Assembly: GCA_965248535.1 (NCBI GenBank)
Contig: CBDFJR010000005.1
Location: 779,546 to 843,545 of the forward strand
Length of the DNA stretch: 64,000 nt
Reading direction: 5' to 3'
Source: Phormidesmis sp.
GTDB lineage: Bacteria; Cyanobacteriota; Cyanobacteriia; Leptolyngbyales; Leptolyngbyaceae
Positions 10,397 to 18,179 of this stretch are shown in pieces. Position numbers and translations under genes: made by a program. Numbering within the stretch: position 1 is the stretch's first letter; each line of letters opens with the position of its first letter. Under the pieces are notes generated by a model, which did not search any database, had not been told where the DNA came from, and was given only the letters and a program-made list of their open reading frames with translations.

Positions 10397-12472
10397 ATGT
10401 CTAATTCTGATCAAGCGTTGCGCTACCCCGCCACCCACAAAATCGAGCAGACCGACGACTATCATGGAGTCTCGATCGCTGACCCCTATCGATGGTTAGA
10501 AGATCCTGACTCTGACGAGACAAAGGCTTGGGTCGAAGCGCAAAATCAAATCACATTCGGATATTTGCAGCAAATTCCGGTGCGCGAAGCGATTCAGAAA
10601 CGCTTAACGCAACTCTGGGATTATGAAAAATACAGCGTTCCGTTTAAAGAAGGAAATCGCTATTTCTATTTCAAAAATGATGGATTGCAGAATCAAAGTG
10701 TTCTCTATACGCTCAATGCTTTAGACGCTGAACCGAGAGTTTTACTCGATCCTAACAAACTCTCAGATGACGGCACTGTGGCACTCTCGGGGCTATCGAT
10801 TAGCGAAGATGGAGCCTGGATGGCCTATGGATTGTCTACGTCTGGATCGGATTGGCAAGAGTGGCGAGTGCGAGAGATCGCAACGGGAAATGACACAAGC
10901 GATCGCTTGCAGTGGATCAAATTTTCTGGCGCATCGTGGACGCATGATCACAAAGGGTTCTTCTATTCTCGCTATGACGAGCCGAATGAGAAAACCAAGC
11001 TAGAAGACGCGAATTATTTTCAGAAACTTTATTATCATCGGCTTGGCACTGATCAGGCTGACGATAGTTTAATCTACGATCGCCCCGATCAAAAAGAATG
11101 GGGTTTTCAAGGTGGCGTGAGCGAAGACGGACAATATCTCATCGTTTCGGTTTGGCTGGGCACCGATCCGCGTAATCTGGTTTTCTACAAGGATTTGTCC
11201 AATCCTGATGCGCCTGTGGTCGAGCTAATTAGCGACTTTGAGGCGAGTTTTAGCTTTGTGGATCATGAGAAAAACCTGTTCTGGTTTCAGACCGATTTGG
11301 ATGCGCCACGGGGCCGAGTGATCGCGATCGACGTGACAAAGCCCGATCGTCCACAGTGGCAAGAAGTCATTCCTCAATCGGCAGAAACGCTCGAAAGTGT
11401 TGGCTTGCTCAATCAGCAATTTGTCGTCTCCTATCTCAAAGATGCGCGCAGCGAGGTCAAGATTTTTGATTTGGCGGGTGGATTCATTCGAGAGATCGCC
11501 CTACCCGGAATTGGCTCGGCGGGCGGATTTGACGGTAAGCGAGACGACACCGAAACGTTTTACAGCTTTACGAGTTTTACGACTCCGCCGACGATTTATC
11601 GCTATAACTTAGCGACGAATGAGAGTACGCTGTTTCGTCAGCCGCAGGTAGACTTTAACCCCGATGATTATGAGACTCGCCAAGTCTTCTACAGCAGCAA
11701 AGACGGAACGCAAGTGCCGATGTTTATTACCCACAAAAAGGGACTGAACCTCGATGGCAACAATCCGACGGAGCTTTATGCCTATGGCGGCTTTGGGATT
11801 TCGCTAACGCCTAGTTTTTCAGTCGGTAATTTAGTTTGGATGGAGCTTGGCGGCGTGTTTGCTCTGCCCAATCTGCGGGGCGGTGGCGAATATGGCGAAG
11901 ACTGGCATCAAGCCGGGACGAAGCTCAAAAAGCAAAATGTGTTTGACGACTTTATCGCAGCCGGGGAATGGCTGATTGCAAACGGATATACGTCATCGTC
12001 GAAACTGGCGATCGCCGGAGGCAGCAATGGCGGTCTGCTCGTCGGCGCGTGCATGACCCAACGCCCCGATCTGTTTGCGGCTGCTCTTCCGGCTGTCGGC
12101 GTGTTGGATATGCTGCGGTTTCACAAGTTCACGATCGGGTGGGCGTGGATGCCTGAATATGGCTCTCCAGAAGACCCAGAAGAATTCAAAGCGCTCTATG
12201 CCTACTCGCCGTTGCATCGACTCAAATCTGGCACGGCCTATCCTGCAACGCTGATTACAACCGCCGACCACGACGATCGGGTAGTGCCTGCCCACAGTTT
12301 TAAGTTTGCAGCGGCCCTGCAAGTGGCTCATTCAGGCGATCGTCCGGTTCTGATTCGAATTGAGACAAAAGCGGGTCACGGGGCGGGCAAACCCACCGCT
12401 AAAGTGATCGAGGAGATTGTCGATAAGTGGGCATTTCTAGTGAAAACCCTGGATTTTTCACCCACTCTTTAA
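10397..12472 (+). CDS. Prolyl oligopeptidase (peptidase S9A)
   Basis: DPYRWLED N-terminus, beta-propeller region, GGSNGG nucleophile, DHDDRV and AGHGAG motifs; start placed at MSNSDQ (ORF track begins 10370). Confidence 0.95.
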   Translation: MSNSDQALRYPATHKIEQTDDYHGVSIADPYRWLEDPDSDETKAWVEAQNQITFGYLQQIPVREAIQKRLTQLWDYEKYSVPFKEGNRYFYFKNDGLQNQSVLYTLNALDAEPRVLLDPNKLSDDGTVALSGLSISEDGAWMAYGLSTSGSDWQEWRVREIATGNDTSDRLQWIKFSGASWTHDHKGFFYSRYDEPNEKTKLEDANYFQKLYYHRLGTDQADDSLIYDRPDQKEWGFQGGVSEDGQYLIVSVWLGTDPRNLVFYKDLSNPDAPVVELISDFEASFSFVDHEKNLFWFQTDLDAPRGRVIAIDVTKPDRPQWQEVIPQSAETLESVGLLNQQFVVSYLKDARSEVKIFDLAGGFIREIALPGIGSAGGFDGKRDDTETFYSFTSFTTPPTIYRYNLATNESTLFRQPQVDFNPDDYETRQVFYSSKDGTQVPMFITHKKGLNLDGNNPTELYAYGGFGISLTPSFSVGNLVWMELGGVFALPNLRGGGEYGEDWHQAGTKLKKQNVFDDFIAAGEWLIANGYTSSSKLAIAGGSNGGLLVGACMTQRPDLFAAALPAVGVLDMLRFHKFTIGWAWMPEYGSPEDPEEFKALYAYSPLHRLKSGTAYPATLITTADHDDRVVPAHSFKFAAALQVAHSGDRPVLIRIETKAGHGAGKPTAKVIEEIVDKWAFLVKTLDFSPTL

Positions 12473-12657
12473 GTCAGACTCGCCTTCAGCATTGCTCTAT
12501 ACAGTTTTTACTTTCTGTATCGGTAAAGATGTATCGTGTCCTAGAGTCAAATCACCATAAACTTAGCTTCCGTGAGGAGGCTATTTTTTTCGCATAAAAG
12601 CCCCTAAACATAACGTCAGTCCGACGAGTTTCTCCGCTGCGTTCTCAGCAGCTTCTG

Positions 12658-12742
12658 CCCTCTAAATTCTCCCTGAATGGAAGACCTTAAGCCAAGACTA
12701 AATTTCTAGTTCAAAGTTCCCGAATTGGGGACTTTAGGGAGC
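12658..12742. repeat. Degenerate cyanobacterial palindromic intergenic element
   Basis: CCCTCTAAATTCTCCC...AAAGTTCCCGAATTGGGGACTTTAGGGAG resembles the CCCCCTAAATCCCCC...GGGGGATTTAGGGGG type repeat recalled from cyanobacterial genomes; arms imperfect. Confidence 0.35.
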
Positions 12743-12796
12743 TTCCCGGATTCACGATCGCATCCAACTACTTCTGTCAAACGAGGTTTATGTTAA

Positions 12797-12884
12797 GCAT
12801 AACGTTGCCCATCACCCGCCGCAGATCAACTTTGTAGTATACCGATCAACTCTCGGCGGTCGGTGTGCAGGGGCGTTGTTATGC
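12797..12884 (-). mobile_element. Integron attC site B (88 bp)
   Basis: Top (minus) strand GCATAACAACGCCCCTGCACACCGACCGCCG...GCGGCGGGTGATGGGCAACGTTATGC: complementary R''/R' boxes (GCATAAC/GTTATGC), imperfect L arms with extrahelical bases, 67 bp downstream of a minus-strand gene. Confidence 0.8.
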
Positions 12885-12951
12885 AGCGATAAATAACCAT
12901 GATGTTTCTCCATTTCATAAAACCTGGAAGAGATTCATAACCATCGGCGCA

Positions 12952-13284
12952 TTATGATAAAGCAAGCAGCGATAAGTTCTCATCTTCATAAAATAATTTG
13001 ATCGCGTCAAAATTCTGACGCAGCAAATTTTCAACCTGTGATGTCGAACAATTTCCAAGACGAAGCCAAATAACTTTCGGTGGATTTCCAGATACTAAGC
13101 TCAGGTCGTGCATATCCGCATCTTTCGAGACAATCATCAAATTCTTGTCTTTTGCATAATCCCAAACGATTGGATCGATTGTTGCCTTCATGCCCACGTC
13201 TCGAACGTGAAGCGAATTTGGGAAAAGATCACTTAAACGATTTGGCAACTTGGGCGACAAGTTTTCATCAAAAAGCAATTTCAT
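12952..13284 (-). CDS. DUF5615-family PIN-like toxin (VapC-type)
   Basis: LLFDENLS, IVSKDADM, PPKVIWLRLGN motifs; 4-bp overlap with the upstream DUF433 gene. Confidence 0.88.
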   Translation of the reverse strand: MKLLFDENLSPKLPNRLSDLFPNSLHVRDVGMKATIDPIVWDYAKDKNLMIVSKDADMHDLSLVSGNPPKVIWLRLGNCSTSQVENLLRQNFDAIKLFYEDENLSLLALS

Positions 13285-13511
13285 GCGGATAGTGGAGCAC
13301 TCATAAACCGACGCTCACGGTCGGCAGCATAAGCAATACAGGCTTTCAAATCTTCTCGCGTTAGATCAGGAAAATCGTCGAGAATTTCTGCTTCGGTCAT
13401 CTCGGAAGCTAGGTACTCAAGCACTTCATAAACCGTAATTCGCAAGCCACGTACACAAGGCTTACCACCGCGCTTATCGGGTTCGATCGTGATGTAATTT
13501 CGGTAGTTCAT
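13281..13511 (-). CDS. DUF433-family antitoxin
   Basis: ITIEPDKRGGKPCVRGLRITV...EILDDFPDLTREDLKACIAYAA is the DUF433 signature. Confidence 0.92.
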   Translation of the reverse strand: MNYRNYITIEPDKRGGKPCVRGLRITVYEVLEYLASEMTEAEILDDFPDLTREDLKACIAYAADRERRFMSAPLSA

Positions 13512-13570
13512 ATTAAAAGCATCTGAATGTTAATCAAATTGTAGCTTTGCAGTGGCGACTGATTCGCCCT

Positions 13571-13956
13571 TCACTTTAGATGATTTAGTTTCCACTCTAC
13601 CCACTCTGTATAAGTTTTAACCTTTGCGGGCGCATCCAAAACCTCAAAGTGCGACTTCGGATCAGTCAGCAAGTCCAAAACCAATTCCTCATACTCCTCT
13701 CGTGTAATCTCAAAAGGTTTCCACGAGCAACCTCCACTCATCCCAGCATCATATTGAGCTTTTCCGTCTGGAAAAGCCCATTAGGGAAAAACTCATTGGG
13801 CACACCCTGCTTTAACAAGTAACTTAATACATGAAAAGGTGGAATAAATTTATTTAACACGTAGGGCATCGCAAGTAGCAAATCCTTCAGCGTCCCTCTC
13901 GTCCAAATCCCGCCCGCGCAATGCATCGCATAAAGTTTAAAACGCAACTCTCTCAC
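13571..13956 (-). pseudogene. Frameshifted ~128-aa hypothetical cassette gene
   Basis: Frame 1 MRELRFKLYAMHCAGG...PNG (GTG 13956, GAGG upstream). A second frame AFPDGKAQYDAGMSGGCSWKPFEITREEYEELVLDLLTDPK...NHLK* is open to 13571. Span 386 bp = 3n-1. Confidence 0.6.
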
Positions 13957-14012
13957 CGAGCGATCGCCTCACCATTTACCTTCAAAAAACTTCCCAAACT
14001 ACAATCGAAGCG

Positions 14013-14798
14013 GCATAACGACTAAGATAAGCGGCGGCAGATAACCTTTGCATCCCCACAAAGATCTCGCGCCCGTCCGCTTCATCGACTTGTGTACGCC
14101 CAGCATGGGTGTGAACTAATGGGGTGAAAGTCCCCTGTCGGAGAACCAACGTCCAAATGATCCCAAAAGATCCGAGTGACGACAACGACTAGCTTAAGGT
14201 AAGGGCGTTTCCGCGAGGAAGGGTCTGAAGGAAGCCAGCGGCAAATCTGCGAGCTGACGGACAGAAACGTCATAGAAGGCTGAGATTCCTGTGGCAAGTG
14301 AGCACAACATCATGAAGCCTTTTGGTTCAGGGAACACAGTAAATGACGCAGTTGTGCAGAGACAGTTCACGTTCTTATCTGGGGAGATCTGCTCAAAGGG
14401 CGGTCTGAGGGTCTACGGGAGTCTGATTGAGGTCTAGCGGGAAACGGCTAGGGAGCCACGGAACCCTAAGGACATTCAGGCAGCGTGAGTCATGGCAACA
14501 GGACTCATGATTGAGCAGAAGTCAGCAGAGGTCATAGTAGCCAAACACTCACCGTAATGGGTGAGACAGGGTGAAGGGCTGAACCTTAGAAAGCAGGGAG
14601 GAGTTGCAAAGCTCGACTGGGCGATGAACCCGAACGGGGGAGCTATTTTGTCGGCGCTTAACTGCACAACCAGCCCTGGATATTCAGTTCTATTGAACTG
14701 GCTTGTCTAAAACTTTTCTGGGGACGCGCCCCGTGCGGAGCCGCACGCGGGGTGCCGTGGGGACTGGGGGAGAAAATCCCCTGGTTACCCGATTAGCC
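14013..14798 (-). mobile_element. Integron attC site A (86 bp once the intron is removed), interrupted by a group II intron
   Basis: Joining 14013-14093 to 14794-14798 gives top strand GGCTA^ACAAGTCGATGAAGCGGAC...GCCGCCGCTTATCTTAGTCGTTATGC with paired GAT(G)AAGCGG/CCGCTTATC L boxes. Confidence 0.85.
14094..14793 (+). ncRNA. Group IIC (attC-targeting) intron, ORF-less / internally deleted, 700 nt
   Basis: 5' end GTACGCCCAGCATGG...GGGGTGAAAGTCCCC; class C landmarks TCTGAAGGAAGC, AGTAAATGA, TTATCTGGGGAGATCT, AGAAGTCAGCAGAGGTCATAGTA; EBS1 ACAA (14304-14307) complementary to exon TTGT; DV GCGCCCCGTGCGGAGCCGCACGCGGGGTGC (14726-14755, CGC triad); DVI ending TACCCGAT; only ~130 nt of domain IV, no RT ORF. 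Confidence 0.93.
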
Positions 14799-14821
14799 TG
14801 CGTTTGCACTCACGCCGAGAA

Positions 14822-15187
14822 CTATAACTCATCAATCGTTACCAACCCACCTTCTGTGAACTGGATTACAAGCTCATGCTCGTCTAGCAAAGCAGTTCCA
14901 ATTAGAGGTCGCCGTCCTGTAGCAAACACACGAGCTTCTCGCTCCTCTCCGTTCCAAAGAATGATCGCTTTGTGCACTGGCAATATAACTCGGCTGTTAT
15001 CTGCCAAATTCGCACGCATATCATGTTTGAAAGGAAGATTCAGTAAAGCGACTGCTTCTGGCGGGAGACAAAGCTCATCTGTAAATCCTGTGTCTACTAC
15101 AAACTCAACTGGGAAGTCAGCGCGATTGGGAATCCGAAACGGGATGGTAATAATGGCGTGTCCGTCAGTAACAATACCCGAAATCAC
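14822..15187 (-). CDS. Clan AA (retropepsin-like) aspartic protease, AF_0612-like
   Basis: VVDTGF catalytic motif and C-terminal RRPLIGTALL; 121 aa; GTG start overlaps the upstream TGA by 4 bp. Confidence 0.85.
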   Translation of the reverse strand: MISGIVTDGHAIITIPFRIPNRADFPVEFVVDTGFTDELCLPPEAVALLNLPFKHDMRANLADNSRVILPVHKAIILWNGEEREARVFATGRRPLIGTALLDEHELVIQFTEGGLVTIDEL

Positions 15188-15459
15188 TTAACCACACGCT
15201 CCATGACACCACCACTAAAAGCCGCACCAACGTTGTACCCGATTTTGATCCCGAAGAGTCGGGCATTGGGGTGTTTCTCGCTCAAGTAGTCAGCGGCGCG
15301 TAAGCTATTTTCATCAACCTTGTAATCACCTGTCTCAATGTCAATGATGACGATCTTCCCGATGTTTTCTTCCACTTCCACCTCTTGGCGAATCCTGTCT
15401 TCGTATAGTTGCTCTGCACGTTGAGCAACTTCTTCGCGACTTAAAAGGATGGCTTGCAT
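15184..15459 (-). CDS. Small acidic protein translationally coupled to the aspartic protease (91 aa)
   Basis: MQAILLSREEVAQRAEQLYEDRIRQEVEVEENIGKIVIIDIETGDYKVDE...RLFGIKIG; start reassigned to ATG 15459 because the longer ORF overlaps the next gene. Confidence 0.75.
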   Translation of the reverse strand: MQAILLSREEVAQRAEQLYEDRIRQEVEVEENIGKIVIIDIETGDYKVDENSLRAADYLSEKHPNARLFGIKIGYNVGAAFSGGVMERVVK

Positions 15460-15538
15460 ATTCTGGCTCCCGATCGCTGTGTGGCTGTTGAAGAACCCCT
15501 TCATTATATCTTGTAAACGAAGCCTACAATGCCGACCA

Positions 15539-16075
15539 TTATTGCTTGATCCGAGCATACCAGCCGTAGGTTGTTCTCTGAGCCTTAGCACCTGTCCCTG
15601 AAAATCCTTCAAAAGAACCAGCCAAAGTGTATACCTTACCTGAACCCTCTCCATTTGAGAACATGTAGCCTGTATGAAATTGGAGAGTAGACGGATCTTT
15701 AGAATCAATGATTCTTATGAACGTGATCTTCTGGGCATCTTCATCCCAAAAACCATTGATCGGATTACCCATGACCGATCCTTGCACATTCCCGTTCACA
15801 TCAATAGCCGAAATTTTTAGCGTCCCTTCATATCCATTCCCATTAAATTGCCAGTCTCCAATTAGCAGGGATACTGAAGCATTGCTGGAATTGCTGGAAT
15901 TGCTAGAAGTTATAGGTAGCTGAGTGGATGGTGTAGGCGAAGCAGACTTATTGGAAGCAGAAAGTTTATCCCAGTTCGCAAACAGAGCTACAGCCACTGT
16001 GCCAATTAAACCAACCACAGCCAAAATAATCTGAGTGCGAGAATCTAACCCTTTGTTTTCATTATTATCTGTCAT
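15539..16075 (-). CDS. Hypothetical membrane-anchored protein (one TM, Ser/Asn linker, beta-rich domain)
   Basis: TM IILAVVGLIGTVAVALFA, SSNSSNSSN linker encoded by 9-bp tandem repeats, beta-strand-rich C-terminus with Trp/Gly turns. Confidence 0.7.
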   Translation of the reverse strand: MTDNNENKGLDSRTQIILAVVGLIGTVAVALFANWDKLSASNKSASPTPSTQLPITSSNSSNSSNASVSLLIGDWQFNGNGYEGTLKISAIDVNGNVQGSVMGNPINGFWDEDAQKITFIRIIDSKDPSTLQFHTGYMFSNGEGSGKVYTLAGSFEGFSGTGAKAQRTTYGWYARIKQ

Positions 16076-16159
16076 AGTGGTATACCACTGAAACAAACTG
16101 ATAGCGTCTTGTTACAAGTTGCACTACGATCGCTTGGCTCTGACCTCTGAACATTCCCA

Positions 16160-18019
16160 TCAAGGACAGGGAGTAGCTTTTGGAGGCGAATAAAGCGGCA
16201 CCCAGTTATCATTCGTAGCTACTACTGCGTTATATCGGCGTGTGTATAATCCGCCATCCTTGATTACAACAAGACGTGGTCTAAACCCCGTAGCACCAGA
16301 CCGAGTCATAATTTCAATTTGTGTGCTTCCTTTTAGCTCAGGGTCTGAATCTAATCTATTCCATGCTCCCCATGTCGAACCTGGTATCGCACTCACTTTC
16401 TGGCGTTGATAAATGGAAGTTACACTGTTTGAGTCCTTAGCCAAAAGATAAACATCCATTTGTCCGTTAGGATTAATTCCGGCTGCAATATCAAGCAGGG
16501 TCAATGTGGGTAGCCCTTCACTGAAAGATACCCAACCAGACCATTGATTGGAACTTGGACTCGAAATCTCCCAACTTGTTTTCACGTCGTTACCTGCTAT
16601 TAGAAAAATTTGCTGAAAACCACCAGTACTTGATGCAGCGATCGCACGAGAACCAGAGAATGTTCCAAGAAGTTTCTCTTGTTCCCAATTTGCATTCCAC
16701 GTATTCAGCTTTCGACGTGTGCGAATTTGTCCATCTGTATGAACAGTATAGAGCTGCATTGCTGTTGAGCCTGCGGACTGCGCTTCAATGTCAACTACGC
16801 TTCTCGACATCGCACTATCTGGAAACCACGTCTGCCAATCAGCCCAAACCCCAGGACTAGTCTCAAATTTATTCCAAATCTGAGAAGCCTTTGAGGTTTG
16901 ATTTTCTGCTTGAGCAAATATCCAACGTCTTCCATCAAGGGTTGTTGCAGAGGTAAGACGACCAAATAATAGGAGAGATGCGAACAATTTGGAATCACGG
17001 AAGTCGCGCCATTGATCAGCGGAGCGATAACCATCTGTACTATCAAGACTTGTCCAAGCTACTGAATTGAAAAAGACATCACCACTGGTTACCCCAAGCA
17101 ATTGTCCATTCCCATGTGTAGCTGTGAATCCTTTGGCGCGAACTGGTGCAAAAGCCCATGCATTTGTTCCGATTTCTCGGTTTGCGTTTTCTTCAGTCCA
17201 TGTGGAGGCATTACCGCTACCACCGCCACCCACCGTGGACATAATAGCTGGATTTGAAAAAGCATTGACGATTGTTGGTCCTCCAGATGCACCGCCTTCA
17301 TATGAGCAATCACTAAGAACTACGCCAAGTCCCTCTTGACGCTGCCCACTAGCTGTTGAGCAAACTGCATCCTTTCTCAACTTACAAGTGTTGTAATGTC
17401 CTAATCCGTTACTTCCAAGAAAATCACCCGAATATCCAAAAACAGTTACGTCAATTCCTTCAGAAGGAATGGGATTAGGGGTTGAATTAGAAGCAATCGT
17501 AGGCCAGTTTAGAAAGGTCGCTGGAAAATCAGGAACACCTGAGTTACTCGGCGGATTCCCCCGACTGTATGTACTTGGATCAAGTTCGACGATAGTCCAA
17601 TCCGCTCCAGGAACATAGGTACCACCGTCATTAATCTTGTTATCGTGACCAGTGCCAAAGACTATACGCTTTCCTCGGATTGAGGGACGGTAAGAATAGT
17701 TGGTGGCATTGGGGGTACCTACGAAAGCCGGTCGAAAAATGATATCGCCAGGGTTGACATTACGAGCAGCAAAACAATGCCTTGCTGTGATGATGTGGTT
17801 GGGTGCAAGATGAGTTGCGGTACAGTGTCCTCCACCTGGAAGGTCAAGTAGTCCAATTGCCCAAAGGTTTCTATTGGTTCTGAAGAATGCGTCGTCCATG
17901 CCAACCCGTGGATCACTTGAGCCATACCATGTCGCAGAAGCAGTGCTAGAGACAAAGAGCGAACTGAGGATGAAGGCAAAGAGCAATACCTTAATTCGGT
18001 CATACTTCTTGGGCGACAT
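16160..18019 (-). CDS. Secreted trypsin-like (S1) serine protease fused to a C-terminal Trp-rich beta-propeller lectin-like domain
   Basis: Signal peptide (LLFAFILSSLFVSSTASA); HCTATHLAPNHIITARHC (His), ADWTIVEL (Asp), GGASGGP (Ser); C-terminal ~45-50 aa repeats each ending in W-x-x-W (GVWADW, NANWEQ, NQWSGW, STWGAW). Confidence 0.82.
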   Translation of the reverse strand: MSPKKYDRIKVLLFAFILSSLFVSSTASATWYGSSDPRVGMDDAFFRTNRNLWAIGLLDLPGGGHCTATHLAPNHIITARHCFAARNVNPGDIIFRPAFVGTPNATNYSYRPSIRGKRIVFGTGHDNKINDGGTYVPGADWTIVELDPSTYSRGNPPSNSGVPDFPATFLNWPTIASNSTPNPIPSEGIDVTVFGYSGDFLGSNGLGHYNTCKLRKDAVCSTASGQRQEGLGVVLSDCSYEGGASGGPTIVNAFSNPAIMSTVGGGGSGNASTWTEENANREIGTNAWAFAPVRAKGFTATHGNGQLLGVTSGDVFFNSVAWTSLDSTDGYRSADQWRDFRDSKLFASLLLFGRLTSATTLDGRRWIFAQAENQTSKASQIWNKFETSPGVWADWQTWFPDSAMSRSVVDIEAQSAGSTAMQLYTVHTDGQIRTRRKLNTWNANWEQEKLLGTFSGSRAIAASSTGGFQQIFLIAGNDVKTSWEISSPSSNQWSGWVSFSEGLPTLTLLDIAAGINPNGQMDVYLLAKDSNSVTSIYQRQKVSAIPGSTWGAWNRLDSDPELKGSTQIEIMTRSGATGFRPRLVVIKDGGLYTRRYNAVVATNDNWVPLYSPPKATPCP

Positions 18020-18090
18020 AGTTCCCTATTTCCTTGCTGAACACCAACAGACAGTCTTTCATCTACCGCCCCAACCCAGATGACGAAGCA

Positions 18091-18179
18091 GGCTAACGAT
18101 TGAGTTGAACCGCACCAAATCAATCAAGCAACACCAACTTTAGTTGGTAGTGCGGTTAACCTTACGACTATTTGTAGCG
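18091..18179 (-). mobile_element. attC-like site C with an intact 3' half and a degenerate R'' half
   Basis: Minus strand ends GCGGTTCAACTCAATCGTTAGCC (compare classical ...GCTTAACTCAAGCGTTAG); arms GTTGAACCGCAC (18104-18115)/GTGCGGTTAAC (18150-18160); no clean TAAC at the R'' end. Confidence 0.5.

Larger units (their letters stand above)
12803..14018 (-). mobile_element. Integron gene cassette 2 (1216 bp): hypothetical pseudogene + DUF433/DUF5615 TA + attC B
   Basis: Starts at the G^TTATGC crossover of attC A; GCGGCATAAC (14010-14019) is a 9/10 inverted match to GTTATGCAGC (12878-12887), the R'' side of attC B. Confidence 0.65.
14019..18096 (-). mobile_element. Integron gene cassette 1 (4078 bp; 3378 bp without the intron) carrying four genes
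   Basis: Starts at G^TTAGCC (18097-18091); GCAGGCTAAC (18088-18097) is a perfect 10-bp inverted match to the intron-free R'' side of attC A (GT|TAGCCTGC, 14092-14093 + 14794-14801). Confidence 0.6.

Noticed and set aside
12608-12640. ACATAACGTCAG as a fourth attC
   Set aside because: It has a TAACG start but no L-box stem or matching GTT end at attC distance; it looks like a common cyanobacterial intergenic repeat fragment
13519-13568. attC remnant between the pseudogene and the TA pair (GGCGAATCAGTCG...TTCAGATGC on minus)
   Set aside because: Only partial similarity to the attC A start, 50 bp long, no AAC/GTT cores or stem; boundary complementarity already explains 12803-14018 as one cassette
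14624-14710. Intron-encoded reverse transcriptase
   Set aside because: Only a 28-codon remnant, no RT or YADD motifs; ORFs 14082..14297 and 14476..14667 are antisense shadows of intron RNA
15184-15708. 174-aa ORF as called in the track
   Set aside because: Its N-terminal half overlaps the 15539..16075 gene in another frame; only the 91 codons from ATG 15459 look real
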